Source: an uncultured Planctomycetia bacterium
GTDB taxonomy: Bacteria; Omnitrophota; Gorgyraeia; VGKH01; JBHPFN01
Length of the DNA: 64,000 nt
Assembly (NCBI GenBank): GCA_964406665.1
Contig: CAYOSQ010000010.1
Coordinates: 2,870 to 66,869, forward strand
Direction: 5' to 3'
Below the pieces are notes generated by a model that had not been told where the DNA came from, did no database searches, and saw only the letters and a list, made by a program, of their open reading frames with translations. Every line of letters begins with the position of its first letter. Position 1 is the stretch's first letter. Positions 59,456 through 64,000 of this stretch are shown here, in pieces. A program made the position numbers and the translations under genes.

Positions 59456-60703
59456 TTACTTAATTTTAAACTTATTTATCGTAAGTCCAGATAAAACCTT
59501 AGGATAAAAATACGTTGACTTTGGCGGCATCTTTTCTCCTTTAGATGCAATATTGCTTAGCTGTTCGGCTCTAACCGAATTCAGGAAAAATGCTGCCTGA
59601 GCTTCACTATTATCTACCATCTGGATTGATTGCTCGGCTCCTTTAATAAATACCACATCGCCTGAATCAATTCTAAGTTTCTTAAAAACAATATCCTGCA
59701 ATATGTTTACATCTAAGATATCATCATTTGAATAAAGCTTATTATCTTTTATTTTCAAAAAACTATAACTATTTTTGTGATAAAGACCAAACACTCCTGC
59801 TTTTAAAGCCACTTTTTCAAGAAACGTAAATAGCTCTTTTTTATTTTTGCATTTTTTTATTTCAAAAATTTCACCTAACTGTTTCTCATTAATCTTTTTC
59901 TTAACTACTCTATGAACTGGCAATATCTGGAGTTTATCAGAATTCATATCAGTAAAATAAGTCATCAAATACTCATAAGACCTTGGTAAAGTAACCTTCT
60001 TCTTATGCATCTTTTTCATATGATCTCTAAACGCAAGACCAACTTCATATCTATGATGTCCATCAGCAATAAAAATATCTTTGCCACTTACTGTTTTTTC
60101 CAATTTAGCAATTAAATTCTTATCATCCAAACACCAAAGCATATGCCTTACATCATCTCTATCTGTAACATCAATTATTGGATCTGCATTCTTGAAGCTT
60201 TTATCAAAAGTAGTCTCGATTACTTCCTTATCATCCTGAAAAAGAACAAAGATAGGACTTAAATTAGCCCTAACCTTTTCAATAAGCTGAAATCTGTCTT
60301 CTTTTGCTGCCGCCTGAGTATTTTCATGTGGAAAAATCTTGGACTCCCTATCTTTAGCCAGCCTTAACAGACCGATAAACCCCAACCTTTCTCTTTCTTG
60401 CCCACCATAAGTATAGCGCTGTAGATAAAAATAAAAACTTCTGAATCTGGTTTTTTTAAATGCCCTATCCTCAACCCACTCATCAAATAATTTCTTGGCC
60501 CTAGAATATCTATTATTCTTTTCATTATCATCTGGATAAAGTCTTCCTAATATAAGCCTGATGAAATTATAGGGGTGAATTTTATGATAAAACTCCTGGT
60601 CACTCGGGGATATTACATCGTAGGGAGGACACACAACTTTGGAAACATCACTGATCTTTTCTTGATTATAAATAGTAGCTCTAAATGGCTTAATCTCTAC
60701 CAT
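59456..60703 (-). CDS. DUF1015 family protein
   Basis: IKPFRA, PPYDVIS, PHENT, IADGHHRYE, MPPKSTYFYPK. Confidence 0.92.
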   Translation of the reverse strand: MVEIKPFRATIYNQEKISDVSKVVCPPYDVISPSDQEFYHKIHPYNFIRLILGRLYPDDNEKNNRYSRAKKLFDEWVEDRAFKKTRFRSFYFYLQRYTYGGQERERLGFIGLLRLAKDRESKIFPHENTQAAAKEDRFQLIEKVRANLSPIFVLFQDDKEVIETTFDKSFKNADPIIDVTDRDDVRHMLWCLDDKNLIAKLEKTVSGKDIFIADGHHRYEVGLAFRDHMKKMHKKKVTLPRSYEYLMTYFTDMNSDKLQILPVHRVVKKKINEKQLGEIFEIKKCKNKKELFTFLEKVALKAGVFGLYHKNSYSFLKIKDNKLYSNDDILDVNILQDIVFKKLRIDSGDVVFIKGAEQSIQMVDNSEAQAAFFLNSVRAEQLSNIASKGEKMPPKSTYFYPKVLSGLTINKFKIK

Positions 60704-60715
60704 GAATAAAACTTT

Positions 60716-60994
60716 CTATTTTTTCGCCGGACATTCTGACGCAGATGCCTTACAAGAAGAGCAAGGATTTTTTTCTGGCTCTTTAAGGCCTTTTTTCTTG
60801 CTATAATCAGGTTTTCTGTAATCTGTGGCGTAGAATCCTGAACCTTTAAAGATTACTCCAGCACCTGCACCAATTAATCTTTTCAATTTAAGCTTTCTAC
60901 ACTTAGGACACTTTTTTAAAACTGGTGCACTCATTGATTGAAACTTATCAAATTCAAAACCGCAATTATTGCATTCATATCCATACGTTGGCAT
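60716..60994 (-). CDS. FmdB-family zinc ribbon protein
   Basis: MPTYGYECNNC..FQSMS..CPKC..FKGSGFYATDY. Confidence 0.92.
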   Translation of the reverse strand: MPTYGYECNNCGFEFDKFQSMSAPVLKKCPKCRKLKLKRLIGAGAGVIFKGSGFYATDYRKPDYSKKKGLKEPEKNPCSSCKASASECPAKK

Positions 60995-61013
60995 ACAATA
61001 CTCCTTAATTCAG

Positions 61014-62177
61014 TTATTTAAAAGCTCTTTTGATTTTATCAGTAAAAGAAGCGCTGTCAACTTCTTCACCGCTTACCTGAGCAAATTCTTCAAGAATTTT
61101 CTTCTGCTTTGATGTTAAACTCGTCGGGACTCTTACCTTTACCACAACAAATTCATCACCCTTACTATAACCTCGCAAATCAGGCATGCCTTTTCCGCGG
61201 ATCCTAAAAACTTTCCCGCTCTGAGTTCCAGCAGGGACTTTCATCTTTACTTTTCCCTCTAGGGTAGGAACTTCAATTTCTCCTCCTAAAGATGCCTTAG
61301 TAAAACTTATCATGCTTTCTATATATAAATCGCTGCCATCTCTTTTAAAAGCTTGATGGGGCTTAACGCCAATCAAAACATAAAGATCACCCTTGCCAGC
61401 AACGCCCACCTCACCCTCTGCTCTAATGCGCAGATGGGAATTACTGTCAACTCCCGGAGGAATCTTAACTTGAATTTTTCGTGTTACCTTATTTCTTCCC
61501 TGTCCATTACATTTAACACAAGGTTGTGTTACTACGGTTCCCTCGCCTGAACACTGAGGACATGTTTGAGACATCCTGAAAAAGCCACTGGAAAGCAAAA
61601 CTTGTCCTTGGCCTTTACACTGAGAACACTTTGATCTTTTAGTACCCGGCTTGGCTCCAGAACCACTACATGTATTACATGTTTCATATCGAGGAACTTT
61701 CAAAGTCTTTTCAATGCCGGAGAATGCCTCTTCCAAGGTAATGTCAACCTCAATCTGAATATCTCTGCCTCTTTGCCTACGAGAAGAACCAGCTCTTCTT
61801 CCTCCGCCAAAAATATCAAAACCTAAATCAGAGAAAATATCATCGAAAGATCCGCCGCCGAAACCAAAACCACGTAAGATATCAGAAAAATCAGCGCCGC
61901 GGAAAATATCTTCGTGTGTATATTGTTGATCGATACCGGCATGACCATACTGATCATATAATGCACGTTTCTTTGAATCAGATAAAACAGCATATGCCTC
62001 GGAGATTTCCTTAAATTTTTCCTCAGCTTCTTTTTTCTTATCTGCAGGAACCCTATCTGGATGATGCTGTAAAGCTAAAGATCGATATGCTTTTTTTATC
62101 TTATCCAGCGGATCGCTTTTTTCAACACCTAGGATTTCGTAATAATCACGCTTCATTGTTTGAGTTCTTTCTGGCAT
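61014..62177 (-). CDS. dnaJ: Chaperone DnaJ (start may be the ATG at 62156, MKRDYY)
   Basis: J domain with HPD, G/F-rich region, four CxxCxGxG repeats, C-terminal domain. Confidence 0.98.
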   Translation of the reverse strand: MPERTQTMKRDYYEILGVEKSDPLDKIKKAYRSLALQHHPDRVPADKKKEAEEKFKEISEAYAVLSDSKKRALYDQYGHAGIDQQYTHEDIFRGADFSDILRGFGFGGGSFDDIFSDLGFDIFGGGRRAGSSRRQRGRDIQIEVDITLEEAFSGIEKTLKVPRYETCNTCSGSGAKPGTKRSKCSQCKGQGQVLLSSGFFRMSQTCPQCSGEGTVVTQPCVKCNGQGRNKVTRKIQVKIPPGVDSNSHLRIRAEGEVGVAGKGDLYVLIGVKPHQAFKRDGSDLYIESMISFTKASLGGEIEVPTLEGKVKMKVPAGTQSGKVFRIRGKGMPDLRGYSKGDEFVVVKVRVPTSLTSKQKKILEEFAQVSGEEVDSASFTDKIKRAFK

Positions 62178-62199
62178 CGTCGGCTAAACAAAAATACTT

Positions 62200-64000
62200 T
62201 TACTTCTTATCTTCGTCTTCTACCTTATATTCTGCATCAACAACATCCTCATTCTTTTTAGAGTCAGCTTTTGGTTCTTCTTGCTTTTGACCTTCAGCTT
62301 GTTGACCTGGTTGCTGTTGTTGAGCTTGCTGCTTTGCACTAGAAGCCTTATACATCTCTTCTGCTAATTTATGAGCTGCCTTAGATAAATCTTCCATACC
62401 TTTCTTTATCTTATCAGCATCTTTTGTCTTTACTGTTTCTTTTAATTCTTTCAACTTTGATTCAATGCTTTCTTTATCTTCAGCTGATACCTTATCACCA
62501 AAATCCTTCAAGGATTTCTCAGTTGAATAAATTAAACTATCCGCCTGATTACATACCTCTACTTCTTCTTTTCTCTTCTTATCTTCGGCAGCGTATTGTT
62601 CTGCCTCTTTAACCATCTTATCAATATCTTCTTTATTAAGCTTCTTAGGTGCGGTAATCTTAATTGACTGCTCCTTACCGGTTCCTAGATCTTTAGCCGA
62701 AACATGAACGATTCCGTCGGCATCAATATCAAAAGAAACTTCTACTTGCGGTACTCCGCGTGGCGCTGCAGGAATCCCAATTAAATCAAACCTGCCTAAT
62801 TCAACATTATCATTGGCCATTTTACGTTCACCCTGCAAGACCCTCACAGTTACGGCTGTCTGATTGTCTGCTGCGGTAGAAAACACCTGAGACTTTTTTG
62901 TCGGTATAGTAGTATTTCTCTCAATTAAATTCGTACAAACCCCACCTAATGTTTCTATACCTAAAGATAAAGGAGTAACGTCCAAAAGTAGAACTTCTTT
63001 TGCATCACCTTTGATAATTGCCGCCTGAATAGCTGCTCCCATAGAAACGCATTCCATAGGGTCAACTCCACGCTCAATCTTTTTACCGACTTCTTTTTCA
63101 ACAAACTGCTGAACTACCGGCATTTTTGTTGGACCGCCGACCAAAATTACCTTATCAATTTTATCAGCATCTAATCCAGCATCTTTTATCGCCTGATGCA
63201 TTGGATCGCTACATTTTTCAACAATAGGACCGATTAACTCCTCAAGCTTTGCCCTGGCAATGCTCATGGTTAAATGCTTAGGTCCTGTTGCATCGGCTGT
63301 GATAAACGGAAGATTGACATCAGTTGTAATTGTGCTAGAAAGTTCAATTTTAGCTTTTTCTGCTGCTTCGCGCAGACGCTGAATCGCCATTTTATCATTC
63401 CTTAAATCTATTCCGGAGTCTGTTTTAAATTGATCAGCGATATATTCAATTATTACATTGTCCATATCGGTTCCGCCTAAAAAGGTATCTCCTGAAGTTG
63501 ACAATACCTCGAAAGTTGCAGCTTTAGTTGCATCATCCCAGCCCATTTCTAAAATAGTAACATCCAGAGTTCCACCACCAAAATCGAAAACCATGATCTT
63601 CTGCTCTTTACCAGCTTTATCTAAACCGTATGCAAGACAAGCCGCAGTCGGCTCATTGATAATTCTTAAAACTTTAAGACCAGCAATTTCTCCAGCATCT
63701 CTTGTTGCTTGTCTTTGATTATCATCAAAATAAGCCGGGCAGGTAATGACTACCTCTTCAATCTTATCACCTAAATAAGCTTCTGCGTCATTTTTTACTT
63801 TCTGCAAGATAAAAGCAGATATCTGTTGAGGGCTGAATTCTTTGCCAGATATCTTGAATTTGAAATCAGTACCCATCTTTCGCTTTGCCGCCTGGATAGT
63901 ACCCTCAGGATTAACTGAAGCTTGTCTGCGTGCAGGCTCTCCGACTAAAAGCTGTTCGTCTTTACCAAATGCAACATAAGACGGAAAAGCCTTACCACTT
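62200..64000 (-). CDS. dnaK: Chaperone DnaK (Hsp70), 5' end outside the window
   Basis: The frame stays open to base 64000 ([45 protein letters not shown]...); [34 protein letters not shown]. Confidence 0.98.
   Translation of the reverse strand, partial: SGKAFPSYVAFGKDEQLLVGEPARRQASVNPEGTIQAAKRKMGTDFKFKISGKEFSPQQISAFILQKVKNDAEAYLGDKIEEVVITCPAYFDDNQRQATRDAGEIAGLKVLRIINEPTAACLAYGLDKAGKEQKIMVFDFGGGTLDVTILEMGWDDATKAATFEVLSTSGDTFLGGTDMDNVIIEYIADQFKTDSGIDLRNDKMAIQRLREAAEKAKIELSSTITTDVNLPFITADATGPKHLTMSIARAKLEELIGPIVEKCSDPMHQAIKDAGLDADKIDKVILVGGPTKMPVVQQFVEKEVGKKIERGVDPMECVSMGAAIQAAIIKGDAKEVLLLDVTPLSLGIETLGGVCTNLIERNTTIPTKKSQVFSTAADNQTAVTVRVLQGERKMANDNVELGRFDLIGIPAAPRGVPQVEVSFDIDADGIVHVSAKDLGTGKEQSIKITAPKKLNKEDIDKMVKEAEQYAAEDKKRKEEVEVCNQADSLIYSTEKSLKDFGDKVSAEDKESIESKLKELKETVKTKDADKIKKGMEDLSKAAHKLAEEMYKASSAKQQAQQQQPGQQAEGQKQEEPKADSKKNEDVVDAEYKVEDEDKK

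Noticed and set aside
62280-62340. CAG/CAA-rich low-complexity stretch
   Set aside because: It encodes the ordinary Gln-rich disordered DnaK C-terminal tail and is not a repeat element.
120-63718. Numerous short plus-strand ORFs (60-150 aa) and a few short nested minus-strand ORFs in the track
   Set aside because: All lie antisense to or inside well-supported minus-strand genes and have no recognisable motifs; they are shadow ORFs.
1-64000. CRISPR arrays, tRNA/rRNA genes, IS elements, integrases, riboswitches (including cobalamin)
   Set aside because: No intergenic gap exceeds about 90 nt, and no repeat-spacer pattern, transposase/integrase motif or structured RNA was seen by eye; a covariance-model search was not possible.

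Overview
AT-rich bacterial window with about 53 genes, all on the minus strand. The right end (55.2-64 kb) is housekeeping and signalling: dnaK (5'-truncated, archaeal-like type), dnaJ, an FmdB-type zinc ribbon protein, DUF1015, accD, an orphan MalK/UgpC-type ABC ATPase and two membrane diguanylate cyclases. A near-consensus sigma70 promoter at about 55.15 kb precedes an apparently uninterrupted run of 45 genes (over 55 kb, continuing off the left edge). The run starts with a ROK kinase, transaldolase and lptD, followed by a very large cell-surface glycan locus. That locus encodes nucleotide-sugar enzymes (three NDP-sugar 6-dehydrogenases, UDP-GlcA decarboxylase, a 4-epimerase, GDP-mannose 3,5-epimerase, UDP-GlcNAc 2-epimerase), a Wzx-type flippase, and six GT2, three GT4 and three GT-C-fold glycosyltransferases. 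Its tailoring set is unusually large: seven cobalamin-binding-domain radical SAM enzymes, one SPASM/twitch radical SAM, five class I methyltransferase domains, a carbamoyltransferase, an acetyltransferase, an SGNH protein, an HPr-kinase-like P-loop protein and an NTP_transf_5-like nucleotidyltransferase. The best candidate for an undescribed system is a radical-SAM/B12-tailored surface glycan, possibly assembled on polyprenyl monophosphate and transferred by GT-C enzymes. The organism is a diderm (lptD). The gene content is reminiscent of Omnitrophota/PVC-type uncultured bacteria, which is an unverified inference. I saw no rRNA, tRNA, CRISPR array or mobile element. All family calls come from motif recognition by eye, not from database searches.
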